Assembly: GCA_016191645.1 (NCBI GenBank)
Contig: JACPVQ010000044.1
Coordinates: 1,371-65,370 of the forward strand
Length of the DNA stretch: 64,000 nt
Source: Candidatus Solibacter usitatus
GTDB taxonomy: Bacteria; Acidobacteriota; Terriglobia; Bryobacterales; Bryobacteraceae
Direction: 5' to 3'
The notes under the pieces are model-generated. The model was not told where the DNA came from, made no database searches, and saw nothing but the letters and a program-made list of their open reading frames with translations. Below, in pieces: positions 1-9,475 of the stretch. The translations under genes were made by a program, and so were the position numbers. How positions within the stretch are numbered: position 1 is the stretch's first letter; each line of letters opens with the position of its first letter.

Positions 1-151
1 CCGTTACTGGCACTACGCATACGAGTGGAAATCGCTGACCGGAGATCACATCAGGATCGCTCACCACAACGCAGGGTCTCACACCGCGTTGTTCATGACC
101 GAACGTGGGGCCGAGTTCGACAACGACCACGGTCCCGCGAGTAATCTCCAC
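1..151 (-). CDS. MazF/PemK-family endoribonuclease toxin, N-terminal part (gene runs off the window edge)
   Basis: My own reverse-strand translation from GTG at 151 gives VEITRGTVVVVELGPTFGHEQRGVRPCVVVSDPDVISGQRFPLVCVVPVT. This matches the N-terminal MazF/PemK signature (G-x-v-v-x-v-dl-x-P-x-x-G-h-E-q-x-g-x-RP-x-vVvS ... vvPlT). The GTG shares one base with the TAG of the upstream RHH gene (TAGTG). It is absent from the ORF track because the window truncates it. Confidence 0.7.
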   Translation of the reverse strand, partial: MEITRGTVVVVELGPTFGHEQRGVRPCVVVSDPDVISGQRFPLVCVVPVT

Positions 152-462
152 TAGATCGGCTCCACCCAGCCTACACCGGGCACCCACTGAACCGGCTTGC
201 CCGCGCCTGCATCGAGAAGCGAATCCGCGTCCTCCTCAGGCAAGTTATTTTGCCATTCCGCAAGTCCCGTGCCGGAGAGCTCCGTACAATCAGGGTGAGG
301 ATTCATCAGTGATTGGCGAAGATCTTCCCGGCGCCGGCGATCCAGTTCGTTCTGGACTGCCTCCGCAACGAACCGGCTGCGGTTCTTCTCTCGTCTGTCG
401 ATACCTCGAACGAGATCGTTCGGCAAAGAGACCGTTACGCGCTCGACCTTGGTTATTTTCAT
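151..462 (-). CDS. Ribbon-helix-helix (CopG/MazE-like) antitoxin
   Basis: 103 aa ORF. The N-terminus VERVTVSLPNDLVRGIDRREKNRSRFVAEAVQNEL follows the beta-strand/helix/helix pattern of RHH DNA-binding domains, and the C-terminal tail is acidic. It lies immediately upstream of, and overlaps, the MazF-like ORF. Confidence 0.7.
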   Translation of the reverse strand: MKITKVERVTVSLPNDLVRGIDRREKNRSRFVAEAVQNELDRRRREDLRQSLMNPHPDCTELSGTGLAEWQNNLPEEDADSLLDAGAGKPVQWVPGVGWVEPI

Positions 463-493
463 ACTCTAAGTATGAATAATACCACTTTGCTAC

Positions 494-3187
494 TCACTTC
501 CGATGCAGAATGGCGTTGAACAACATGTTGAACTCGCCGTAATTCTGCCAGCGGTAACAGGGATTGGTCGCAAACAGGATCACGCGGCCGGTGCCGGATG
601 GAATATCAACGATGGCTGCGCGGTTGCGAGTTTCCGCCGGGTTCTTCATGAGGCCGCTGAGAACTGCGCTGTCCGTACCCTTGAATTGCATCAGCACCAT
701 GCTCTTGTCCCGGGTTTGAACGTTCAGCAGCGGACCATTGGCGTAGCGAACCGATGCCGTCTTGGCGTTGTACCCATAGAAAATGGGATGCGCGGCCTGC
801 AGGATGTCGGCTTCCACGATGGGACCCGGGGCGTAGAACTGCGCGGTGGGCCGCGACGCTTCCACGCGCGACGCGACACCGAATTCCACGGGAAAAGCAC
901 TGGCGGCGCCCATCGTAATCAGCGTACCGCCGGCTTTCACGAACTGATCGATTTCCAGAACGCCCGGCAATCCCATGCCGCCGCTGATGTCTTCCGATTC
1001 GCCGTACGGGCTCTTGAAGGCGAGCTTCTTGCCGCGTGAATCGATGTCGAATACAAGCCCCTTGGCCGTGCGGCCCTGATGCGGCATCACGATGACATCG
1101 TAGGAGTCGCGCAATTTGCCGGCACGAATGCGCTCTTTATAGATGAGATCGAACGGCACTTCGAATTGATCCAGCGCGTGACGGACCCAGCCGACCTCTT
1201 GCGTGTTGCCCCAAGTGGAAAAAACGGCTAGGCGCGGCAACGGCACGGCGTGGCGTTTTCCTTCGGGCAATTTCTCCAATGCCGCGGCCTGCAATCCCAA
1301 ATCCTCCACCGCCTGCTGTACTCGCTTGTGTAAGGCTGCGTCCGCCGTGGAGGAAGAAATCAGAAACGAGCCTGCGGGGAATGAAACACCATCGGCTTGA
1401 AATGTCTGCTCAACCGCCTCAAACGCGACGTCCTTCAGCCGGTGCCGCAGAGTGATCAAAGCATTCGATCCGTTATGCGCGACGACATAGGCGGCGCGGG
1501 CGGGTCCGCCCGTGAGCTTGCCGCGCGGCTCCAGTTTCTCCACCGTCTGCGTCGCAACCTTCAGAACCGCGGCATCGGCGATTTCCCGCACTTCGATCCG
1601 CGCCATGAGGCCCATGGTCCAGCCGGTATCGTCGTAGGTGCGCAGGTTGGCATCGGGAAAGGACTGCTTCTCCAGCAGGATCTTCGCCAACCGTCCGTAA
1701 GGCTGATCGCGTTTGATGACAAACGATCCTTCGCCAAACTTGCCTTCCTTCAATTGCATCTCGGCCGTGGAACGGCCGACTTCGATGCCTTGCAATCGCA
1801 GCGTATTGACGGCGAAGGCCACGCGGGTCAGATCCTGACCGGCGGGAATCACGAACCCGTATGGCGCGTCTTTCTTTCCCGATTCGATGGAGTTGCGGCT
1901 CTTGCGGTAGAAGTTGTCGAGGACGGTGGCGGGAAAAGACGACGTCAATTCAAGCGCGCTAAGAACGCCGGTCTGCATGTAATTCGTGTTGTTGCGCATG
2001 GACCATTCCACGTCGGCGTAGGGAGGCAAAGGCCGGTACCACTCCCGGCTCGTCGCGCCGCGTCCACCGCCGCCACCTCCGCCTCCACCCGCGCCTTCCA
2101 CAGTGATCCGTCTGCGCATGGTATTCGCACCGCCGTTGCCGAATGTTTCATACATGCGCAGCAATCCGTTGTGATTCGACGACATGAAGCCGAGGTATCC
2201 CGGCGACCACATATCGACGAAGCCGTGCGTCCACACGCCGGGCATTCCATAGCGTGTCATCTGATTCATTTCGAAGTTGGAGAACCACGGCATCTCAGAA
2301 TAAATAATCGGATCGAGCGTGGGATTCTGCGGCGATTGTCCGCTGAACGTGTACAGGAACGCCACCGATTCATGCAGGTCATGCATGATGGGCGGGTGCC
2401 ATTGCAGGTACCAGCGCAGCAGATTGCGATTGGTCACTTGGGAATAATTGATATCGCGATTGTTGTCGTGAAAGACGTACTTGCCCCAATAGGGCGGACC
2501 GGGAAGGCGCTCGTCTTCGGTCTTCTGCTCGATGCCGTAGGCGTAATACCAATCAACCACGCGGTCGCGCCCATCGGGTTCGGCGGCAGGAGTGATGGAG
2601 ACGATCACGTTGTCGCGGATCTTGCGAATCAGATCCGAGTCTTCCGTCACCAGACGGTACGCCAGTTCCATGAGCATCTCGGGCGGTCCCGTCTCGGTGG
2701 AATGCAGTCCACCCATCAGGTGGTAAATGGGTCTGATTCCCGCGATGATCTTTCGAGCCTCGGCTTCGCTGGTGTTCCGTGGATCGGCCAGTTTGGCCAA
2801 CCCTTCGCGCGTGCGATCCAGGTTGCGAATGTTCGCTTCATTCGAAATCATGACGACCACGCAATCGCGGCCCTCGTCCGTTTTGCCGGTATCGACGATG
2901 CGCACGCGCTTGCTGGCCGCCGCCAAAGCGCGATAGTAGCTGAGAAGCTTCGGGTAGGCGGTCAGCTTGTTCGGCGCTCCCACGTGGTAGCCGAGCACGT
3001 CCTTGGGCGACGGGATTCCGGACACCTTCGGCAGATGGTCGACTAGCGGACTAGAGAACTCCGGTTTCGTGGTCCATTGTTTGACGGACTTGGCGAAGTC
3101 GTCATCCATGGTTTGCGCGCACACCGGTAGCGCCAAGAGCGCGAGACTTACAATAAAGACATTGCTGGATCGCATTGTTGAAACCAC
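494..3187 (-). CDS. Secreted M14-family zinc carboxypeptidase-like protein
   Basis: 897 aa ORF with a signal peptide (MRSSNVFIVSLALLALPVCAQT). It has an HxxE zinc-ligand motif (GGLHSTETGPPE) and a later HDLHE, as in M14 peptidases. An internal run of nine glycines is present. The family call rests on motifs only. Confidence 0.7.
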   Translation of the reverse strand: MVSTMRSSNVFIVSLALLALPVCAQTMDDDFAKSVKQWTTKPEFSSPLVDHLPKVSGIPSPKDVLGYHVGAPNKLTAYPKLLSYYRALAAASKRVRIVDTGKTDEGRDCVVVMISNEANIRNLDRTREGLAKLADPRNTSEAEARKIIAGIRPIYHLMGGLHSTETGPPEMLMELAYRLVTEDSDLIRKIRDNVIVSITPAAEPDGRDRVVDWYYAYGIEQKTEDERLPGPPYWGKYVFHDNNRDINYSQVTNRNLLRWYLQWHPPIMHDLHESVAFLYTFSGQSPQNPTLDPIIYSEMPWFSNFEMNQMTRYGMPGVWTHGFVDMWSPGYLGFMSSNHNGLLRMYETFGNGGANTMRRRITVEGAGGGGGGGGGRGATSREWYRPLPPYADVEWSMRNNTNYMQTGVLSALELTSSFPATVLDNFYRKSRNSIESGKKDAPYGFVIPAGQDLTRVAFAVNTLRLQGIEVGRSTAEMQLKEGKFGEGSFVIKRDQPYGRLAKILLEKQSFPDANLRTYDDTGWTMGLMARIEVREIADAAVLKVATQTVEKLEPRGKLTGGPARAAYVVAHNGSNALITLRHRLKDVAFEAVEQTFQADGVSFPAGSFLISSSTADAALHKRVQQAVEDLGLQAAALEKLPEGKRHAVPLPRLAVFSTWGNTQEVGWVRHALDQFEVPFDLIYKERIRAGKLRDSYDVIVMPHQGRTAKGLVFDIDSRGKKLAFKSPYGESEDISGGMGLPGVLEIDQFVKAGGTLITMGAASAFPVEFGVASRVEASRPTAQFYAPGPIVEADILQAAHPIFYGYNAKTASVRYANGPLLNVQTRDKSMVLMQFKGTDSAVLSGLMKNPAETRNRAAIVDIPSGTGRVILFATNPCYRWQNYGEFNMLFNAILHRK

Positions 3188-4511
3188 GTTACGTTATAGC
3201 ATGTTCGCCCGCGGCGACCGTGTGGGCGTCGCCGTGTCGGGAGGGGCCGATTCGCTTTGTCTGCTCCACGCTTTGTACGAATTGCGTGCGCGATGGGAGT
3301 TGCAACTGACGGTTCTTCACGTCGATCACGGGCTGCGCGAGGATTCCGGAGCGGACGCGCACTTTGTGGAAGGAGTGGCGCGAAGCTTGCGGATCAACTT
3401 TCTGCTGCATCGCGTGGACTCAATGGAATCGCCGAACCTGGAGCAAGCGGCGCGCAACGCTCGCCTCAACTTTTTCCACGCGCTGATTCGAGACGGATCA
3501 CTGGATAAAGTTGCGACCGGACACACTGCCTCCGATCAAGCGGAAACCGTTCTGATGCGCTTTCTACGCGGCAGCGGAACGGCGGGACTGGCGGGAATTC
3601 TTCCGGTGACGAAAGAGGGAATTGTCAGGCCGCTATTGGGAATCGAAAGGAGCGACGCGGAAACATTTCTTTCAACGAAGGGGTTGGTGTGGCGGACCGA
3701 TTCGACAAACGACTCGCGGGAGTTTGATCGAAACCGGGTGCGGCTGGATCTGTTGCCCATGCTGGAGCGTGAGTTCAATCCGGCGATTGTATCCGGGCTG
3801 AATCAGGTGGCGGCGTTGGCGCGGGAGGAAGAAGAGTACTGGACGGACTACATCGCAAAACTCGCCGCCGATTCGCTGGAGGCAAGAGGACCCGCGATTC
3901 TCCTCGATTGCCGGAAGTTGGCAGGCCATACAACCGCCGTGCGGCGTCGATTGATCCGCGAGGCCATTCGCAGAGTGAAAGGCGATCTGCGGCAGGTGGA
4001 CTTTCGTCATGTTGAGAGAATTCTGGAAATGGCCGGCGGGGCAGAGGGTCACGGCCGCGCCTTGATCCCTGGCGTGGATGTTTGCCGGTCTTTCGACTGG
4101 GTTCGTTTTGCGCCGCCGGGCCTTGACGCGGGGGTAGACCGGTTGGCCAACAGGCCCCTGACTTTCCCAGGGGAAAGTTGCCTGGACGCCTGGTCTCGGG
4201 CCGTGGCCATAACGCCAACGCCGGACGCTGGCTATAATGATGGTTGTAACGTTATCGATATCGAAAAGCTGGCAGGGCCGTTGATTTTGCGCTACTGGCT
4301 GCCGGGTGATGCGTATTGTCCGGCAGGCCGGGAACGGCCGGAAAAGATCAAACAAATGTTCCAGGACGCTCGTATCCCCTTATGGGAAAGGCGTTTCTGG
4401 CCGATTATCGAGAGTGCAAGCAGCATTGTTTGGAGCCGAAGGTTCGGCGTAAGCCGGGATTGCGCGCCGCAAGCGGGGTCCCGGAAACTGGGAGTAGTGA
4501 GCGAATCCTGA
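3162..4511 (+). CDS. tilS: tRNA(Ile)-lysidine synthase
   Basis: PP-loop motif VAVSGGADS followed by LHVDHGLR, and a TilS C-terminal domain (RYWLPGD...IPLWERRFWPII). The conserved tilS-ftsH neighbourhood is present. I placed the start at TTG 3162 to keep about 20 aa ahead of the PP-loop. ATG 3201 is the alternative. The ORF-track start at 3003 would overlap the divergent peptidase by 185 nt. Confidence 0.85.
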   Translation: MLDRIVETTLRYSMFARGDRVGVAVSGGADSLCLLHALYELRARWELQLTVLHVDHGLREDSGADAHFVEGVARSLRINFLLHRVDSMESPNLEQAARNARLNFFHALIRDGSLDKVATGHTASDQAETVLMRFLRGSGTAGLAGILPVTKEGIVRPLLGIERSDAETFLSTKGLVWRTDSTNDSREFDRNRVRLDLLPMLEREFNPAIVSGLNQVAALAREEEEYWTDYIAKLAADSLEARGPAILLDCRKLAGHTTAVRRRLIREAIRRVKGDLRQVDFRHVERILEMAGGAEGHGRALIPGVDVCRSFDWVRFAPPGLDAGVDRLANRPLTFPGESCLDAWSRAVAITPTPDAGYNDGCNVIDIEKLAGPLILRYWLPGDAYCPAGRERPEKIKQMFQDARIPLWERRFWPIIESASSIVWSRRFGVSRDCAPQAGSRKLGVVSES

Positions 4512-4593
4512 TTTTTTATGCCGTCTGGGAATCCTCTTGGTGTGAAAGAACGTCTGTACAGATAGGACCGCAAGGCCTGATTTAAGGAATGAC

Positions 4594-6492
4594 ATGAATT
4601 CAAACGTGAAGACCGCGATCTTCTGGGTGGTGTTGATCTGCGTGGCGGTAATTTTGTGGACCGTGGTGCGCAACGGGAAGACCAGACCCGAGAGCGCCAT
4701 TAATTTCTCGAACTTCCTCTACAACGTGGAAGCGGGAAAGGTAAAGAGCGTTACCATCACGTCGAACGAGGTCCGCGGTCTGTACAACGACGACAACGGA
4801 TTCCGCACAACCATCCCCACGAACTATCCCGACCTGTACAAGACGCTGCGCGAAAAGAACGTCGGCATCGACATTAAGGATACGTCGTCCGGCACGTGGC
4901 TCAGCGTGGTGTTGAACACGCTGCCCTTCGTGATCATGATCGCCTTCTGGCTCTTCTTTATGCGCCAGATGCAGAGCGGCGGAAACAAGGCTCTGAGCTT
5001 CGGCAAGAGCCGCGCGCGCCTGCATTCCTCGCAGCAGAAGAAGGTCACGTTCAAGGACGTGGCAGGCGTGGAAGAAGCCAAAGAAGAGTTGCAGGAGATC
5101 ATCGAATTCCTGCGCGAGCCGCAAAAGTTTCAAAAGCTGGGTGGACGCATTCCCAAGGGCGTCTTGCTGGTGGGGTCGCCTGGCACAGGAAAAACGCTGC
5201 TCGCCCGCGCCATTGCCGGCGAAGCGAATGTTCCATTCTTTTCCATCTCGGGTTCCGATTTTGTGGAGATGTTTGTCGGCGTCGGCGCGAGCCGTGTTCG
5301 CGACCTGTTTGAGCAGGGCAAGAAAAATGCTCCCTGCATTATTTTTATCGATGAAATCGACGCTGTTGGCAGGCACCGCGGCGCGGGCCTCGGCGGCGGG
5401 CACGATGAACGGGAACAGACGCTGAACCAGTTGCTGGTGGAGATGGACGGCTTTGAATCGAACGAAGGCGTCATCTTGGTGGCGGCGACGAATCGCCCCG
5501 ACGTGTTGGATCCGGCGCTGCTGCGGCCCGGCCGTTTCGACCGGCGCGTGGTAGTGGATCTTCCGGATGTGCGGGGCCGCGAGGCGATCCTCAAAGTTCA
5601 CACGAAGAAAATTCCGCTCGCCGACGATATCGAATTGTCCGTGATCGCCCGCGGGACGCCGCGATTTGCCGGCGCGGACCTTGCCAACCTGGTAAATGAA
5701 GCGGCATTGATCGCCGCGCGCCAGAACCGCAAGGTCGTCACCATGCACGACTTCGAAATGGCGAAGGACAAGGTTCTGATGGGCGTGGAGCGCAAGAGCC
5801 GCGTCATCAGCGATGGCGAGAAAAAGCACACGGCATACCACGAAGCCGGTCACGCACTGGTGGCCGCGAAGATTCCGCAGGCCATGCCTCTGCACAAGGT
5901 GACCATCATCCCGCGCGGCATGGCGTTGGGCGTGACGATGTTCCTGCCTGAGGGCGATCAGGTGGACTACACCAAGGAGCAGGCGGAAGCGCAGATTGCG
6001 GTGTCCATGGCGGGCCGCATCGCCGATGAGATGTTCTGCAACATGAAGAGCGCCGGCGCCAGCAACGACATTGAGAAAGCCACCGAGTTGTCGCGCAAGA
6101 TGGTTTGCGAATGGGGCATGAGCGAGTTGGGTCCGTTGAGCTTTGGCAAGAAAGACGAACAGATCTTTCTGGGCCGCGAGATCAACACGCATCGCGATTA
6201 CAGCGAAGACACGGCGCAGCGCATTGATGAGCAGGTGCGCGCGTTTGTCAACGCCGGTTATGATCGCGCCAAGGCCATCATCGAGAACAACCGCGAGGCC
6301 ATCGTGCGCATTGCCGAAGCGCTGCTGGAGCGCGAGGTTCTGGACGTCCACGACGTGCGGCTGCTCATTGCAGGGTCGCCGATTGCGGCGCAGCCTCCCG
6401 TGGATGATGACAAGCCGCAGCAAGTGGTGCGTCCCGAAGGCGGTATTCGCGTTCCCGGCCTCATGGAAGGCGCCGGTCCGCAACCTGCGTGA
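4594..6492 (+). CDS. ftsH: ATP-dependent zinc metalloprotease FtsH
   Basis: 632 aa with two N-terminal TM segments, Walker A GSPGTGKT, Walker [10 protein letters not shown], an SRH region and the zinc motif HEAGHAL. Confidence 0.97.
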   Translation: MNSNVKTAIFWVVLICVAVILWTVVRNGKTRPESAINFSNFLYNVEAGKVKSVTITSNEVRGLYNDDNGFRTTIPTNYPDLYKTLREKNVGIDIKDTSSGTWLSVVLNTLPFVIMIAFWLFFMRQMQSGGNKALSFGKSRARLHSSQQKKVTFKDVAGVEEAKEELQEIIEFLREPQKFQKLGGRIPKGVLLVGSPGTGKTLLARAIAGEANVPFFSISGSDFVEMFVGVGASRVRDLFEQGKKNAPCIIFIDEIDAVGRHRGAGLGGGHDEREQTLNQLLVEMDGFESNEGVILVAATNRPDVLDPALLRPGRFDRRVVVDLPDVRGREAILKVHTKKIPLADDIELSVIARGTPRFAGADLANLVNEAALIAARQNRKVVTMHDFEMAKDKVLMGVERKSRVISDGEKKHTAYHEAGHALVAAKIPQAMPLHKVTIIPRGMALGVTMFLPEGDQVDYTKEQAEAQIAVSMAGRIADEMFCNMKSAGASNDIEKATELSRKMVCEWGMSELGPLSFGKKDEQIFLGREINTHRDYSEDTAQRIDEQVRAFVNAGYDRAKAIIENNREAIVRIAEALLEREVLDVHDVRLLIAGSPIAAQPPVDDDKPQQVVRPEGGIRVPGLMEGAGPQPA

Positions 6493-7118
6493 TTCCGGCT
6501 TTCCCGGTTTACCTGTTCGACGTAGACGGAACGCTGCTCGATTCCGCTGCCGATATTTGCGGTGCTGTGCGGGACACGTTTTCCGAATGCGGCATCGATG
6601 GGCTTGACGAATCCCATCTGCGTTCCTACATCGGCCACCATCTTTTCGATCTCTTCGAAGATGTGATCCCCGGGGTGAGTCAGGAACAGAAAGACCATCT
6701 GCTGGTGCGCTACCGGGCGATCTACGCAGCACGCGGTCATTCCTCGACACGGCCCTATGATGGCGTCGCGGAGGCTTTGGCACGCATTCCGGGGCGCAAA
6801 TCGACGGCAACCACAAAGAGCACCCAGACTGTGCGCATCATCCTGGGCCAGTTTGGATTATTGAGCTATTTCGAACACGTGCAGGGCACGGACGGATTTC
6901 CGGCTAAGCCGGCCCCGGACGTGATCTACAAGTCCTTGGAGGCTTTACAAGTGCGGGCGAAGGATGTGCTCCTGGTTGGCGATTCGGAGACCGACATGGC
7001 CGCCGGCCGAGCCGCCGGCGTGCGCGTATGCGCGGTCCAATACGGCTACGGGGACATCGAAAAGATGAAGGCATTTCAGCCGGATTATTGGATCGGGCAT
7101 TTGAACGAACTCTGCTAG
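6489..7118 (+). CDS. HAD-superfamily hydrolase, phosphoglycolate phosphatase-like
   Basis: Motif I is [11 protein letters not shown] and motif IV is [13 protein letters not shown]. The GTG start overlaps the ftsH stop (GTGA). Confidence 0.8.
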   Translation: MIPAFPVYLFDVDGTLLDSAADICGAVRDTFSECGIDGLDESHLRSYIGHHLFDLFEDVIPGVSQEQKDHLLVRYRAIYAARGHSSTRPYDGVAEALARIPGRKSTATTKSTQTVRIILGQFGLLSYFEHVQGTDGFPAKPAPDVIYKSLEALQVRAKDVLLVGDSETDMAAGRAAGVRVCAVQYGYGDIEKMKAFQPDYWIGHLNELC

Positions 7119-7131
7119 TTGGCAACCACTG

Positions 7132-7163
7132 CCGGCAGAGGCGATCTGGAGATCTGCCCACAC
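7132..7163 (-). repeat. Solo terminal fragment of the multi-hairpin intergenic repeat family
   Basis: CCGGCAGAGGCGATCTGGAGATCTGCCCACAC is near-identical to the right end of the copy at 28141-28273 (CCGGCAGAGGCGATCTGGAGACCTGCCCCAC). It lies between two convergent stops (7118 and 7185). Confidence 0.6.
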
Positions 7164-7184
7164 GGCAGCAGAGCCGTCGAGCAC

Positions 7185-8252
7185 CTAATGGGCGATGGTG
7201 AACGGAAGGTCCTTCGTTTTCACCGTGAGTCGCATTTCGACGCGCTCGAACGTATCGACGTCGAAAGCCCGGTCGATGCGATTCCCTGCGAGGTCCTCAA
7301 TCGTCATGCCGATGCGCAGCTTGTACGAACCCGCCTTCCATGGCTGGTCCGGTGTAAACAGCCATTGCGTCTCTTCCTTTGCCACAGCCGCATCGCCGCC
7401 GACAACCGCTCCGGACGGATCGACCACGGAGATCAACCGTTGCAGAAGCGCGGCGTCCAGAGATTCGGGAAAGCCCAATTGCAAAGGAGCCCGTCCACCT
7501 GCGGCTGGAGCATCGACGCGCCATTCTTCGATGCGCGGAGGCGTACGGTCGGCGTCAGCGACAAGGAATTTCTTGCGATGCTCAGACATCATCGGAGTAC
7601 CGGAAGCATCGGGCCAAGCGGCATCGACGACGATCTCATAATGACGTCCGGGGATGAGAGCGGGCCCGGCTTCATTGTGCGGCACCAAGCCGCGTTTGAT
7701 GCGGCCCGGATCGAAGAGAACCGTCAGGCGTCTGCCTTCGCGATCCCACAACTCTTCCTCAATCTCCAGGAAAGGCAGCGACACTTCCTTGCCGGCGTCG
7801 TCGACGAGGTGAATGCGACGCCACGCCTCGCCGCGGCTCATGGGCGCGGAAAAGTGCAGGTACAACTTGAGCAGATTCGCGGGCAGCACGCTCTTCGTCG
7901 GATTGATGCCGGTAACACGGGCGGACGGAGTGAGCGAGATCTTGGGGATGGTGAATAGAGCTTCCACCGGCGCTCCCGCCGGCGGTTGGTAGGAGGCGCG
8001 ATAGGAAAGCCCGGGCTGCAAAGGGAAACGCGGGCGGAAGTACAGAACATCGCCGGAAGTTTCGTACGTCCCGGCCAACGCGGGCACCTCTCCGGAAGTA
8101 TGTACGCGCACCTGAAAATCGGCATAGGAAGGAGAAACGGCAACGCCGCGCAGAGAGAACACGTCCCTCCGCGCGGCGTCTTTTTCCAATTGAATACTGG
8201 CGCCTGCGAGCAGCATCGGCAGGCACGCCGAGGCCCACAGCCGCAACACCAT
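7185..8252 (-). CDS. Secreted hypothetical protein
   Basis: I placed the start at ATG 8252, which is preceded by AGGTGA-N5 and gives the signal peptide MVLRLWASACLPMLLAGA. The ORF-track start at 8303 would overlap the upstream gene by 38 nt. I recognised no catalytic motif. Confidence 0.6.
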   Translation of the reverse strand: MVLRLWASACLPMLLAGASIQLEKDAARRDVFSLRGVAVSPSYADFQVRVHTSGEVPALAGTYETSGDVLYFRPRFPLQPGLSYRASYQPPAGAPVEALFTIPKISLTPSARVTGINPTKSVLPANLLKLYLHFSAPMSRGEAWRRIHLVDDAGKEVSLPFLEIEEELWDREGRRLTVLFDPGRIKRGLVPHNEAGPALIPGRHYEIVVDAAWPDASGTPMMSEHRKKFLVADADRTPPRIEEWRVDAPAAGGRAPLQLGFPESLDAALLQRLISVVDPSGAVVGGDAAVAKEETQWLFTPDQPWKAGSYKLRIGMTIEDLAGNRIDRAFDVDTFERVEMRLTVKTKDLPFTIAH

Positions 8253-8265
8253 ACGGTTCACCTGG

Positions 8266-9369
8266 CTACGGCAACACGAACTGTTGCAGATTGAGAGATC
8301 CACCTTCGCCGCGGACCAACATCAGGCCGCGCTCGTTGTCGATCTTGTCTAGATGCTCGACGCCCTTCATCGACGCGATGGTCTCATAGGGCACGCCGGT
8401 AACATCCGTCTGCTTCGTGATTCCTTCGTACTTGTCCAGTTTTTCCGCATTGAGCTTCATCACGCCGCGGCTGCTGTTGTTCAGCAGGAAGTAGTTTACG
8501 CCATCCTTTTTGTAGGTGATCATGTCGAGCGGCCGGTTGCGGTTGCCCAGTTCGGCGATGGTGGTGCCCATCACTTTCTTACCGGGCTTCAGGTCAGTCA
8601 GGGGAAACTTCACCAGCGGAGTGCAGGTGTAAGCAGCCAGCACGTGAGGCTGGTTATTGATGCTGTAGGCCACAAAGGTGCGGACCGGAGCGTTCGTTTC
8701 GAAACGTCCATGAGCGCCATGGAAGATTTCGATCGCCGTGCCCTTATCCACTGCCTGGAACGGGAACGGAATGACGCGCAGGTTGGAAGCGAACTCTTCG
8801 TTCGACAAGCCCGCCACGATTACGCGGCCATCAATGTATGCCATGTCGGTGATCGCTTCCTGGCGAGGCGATTGACCGCGGCTGTTCTTCACATCGGCCG
8901 GAGCGTTCGGCAGAGAGGCTTTGCTGTGCTTGATGCCGGCGAGGGAAAGCTCTTCGATCTTACCGGCCCCATCGACGCGGAGAATCACGACAGCGGCGTC
9001 CGGACCCTTGCCGCGCGACACGGAGAAATACACTTTCTTCGAGGCCGGATTCACGGCCATATCATTAATGAGAATCTGGTCGGCGGCGGTCCCCAGAAAC
9101 GCCGCGATTTTTTCGTTAATGCCTTGCACGTCGGCGGCGGGCTTGCCGGCCTTTGTGTCGCCGGTGTCGAGAGCGAACACGGAGGCTTCCTTGTGATCGG
9201 CGACGAACAGAACGCCATCGGGGCCGAAAGCGAGGGAACTGGCCGACTTAATCTCGGCCGTGCCGGGCTTAAGAGAAGTGGTGAGGTTGGCGGCAACCGC
9301 GGGCGCGCAAATCAGCGCCAGCAGGCCGAGGCACAAGAGTGCGAGAACGAACTTCCGCATGGTGATCAT
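8266..9369 (-). CDS. Secreted hypothetical protein (beta-rich, propeller-like)
   Basis: 367 aa with a clear signal peptide (MRKFVLALLCLGLLALICAPAVAA). Coding-like composition throughout. It lies 13 nt upstream of the next secreted hypothetical gene. Confidence 0.7.
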   Translation of the reverse strand: MITMRKFVLALLCLGLLALICAPAVAANLTTSLKPGTAEIKSASSLAFGPDGVLFVADHKEASVFALDTGDTKAGKPAADVQGINEKIAAFLGTAADQILINDMAVNPASKKVYFSVSRGKGPDAAVVILRVDGAGKIEELSLAGIKHSKASLPNAPADVKNSRGQSPRQEAITDMAYIDGRVIVAGLSNEEFASNLRVIPFPFQAVDKGTAIEIFHGAHGRFETNAPVRTFVAYSINNQPHVLAAYTCTPLVKFPLTDLKPGKKVMGTTIAELGNRNRPLDMITYKKDGVNYFLLNNSSRGVMKLNAEKLDKYEGITKQTDVTGVPYETIASMKGVEHLDKIDNERGLMLVRGEGGSLNLQQFVLP

Positions 9370-9475
9370 CTCCCAGGTTGGAATGGTTAGCCGAAGCTAT
9401 CGACACAACAATGACAGGGTGGAAAGCGATTGTCAAGCGCAGTGGAGGGAGCAACCGTTATCGTAGATAGAAGCG

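Noticed and set aside
2063-2089. A run of nine glycine codons in the M14 peptidase, considered as a possible slippage or phase-variation tract
   Set aside because: The run uses mixed codons (GGT/GGA/GGC), so it is not a homopolymer or a perfect trinucleotide repeat. It stays in frame, so it is most simply a flexible linker.
1397-3046. Other long antisense ORFs of 300-550 aa. Examples: 1397-3046, 16155-17597, 21662-23239, 24988-26427, 41341-42456, 50641-51996, 53283-54422, 54906-56462, 57462-58613 and 59160-60389.
   Set aside because: Same reasoning as for the ftsH antisense ORF. Each lies opposite a gene with strong family motifs, has an R/A/G/H-biased composition and has no recognisable domains. 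I treated them as shadow ORFs, not overlapping genes.
4600-6816. A 738-aa ORF antisense to the whole of ftsH and part of the HAD gene
   Set aside because: ftsH on the plus strand has unmistakable motifs. The antisense translation is Arg/Ala/Gly/His-rich low-information sequence with no domain signature. In GC-rich genomes the frame opposite a real gene is depleted in stops because TTA, CTA and TCA sense codons are rare.
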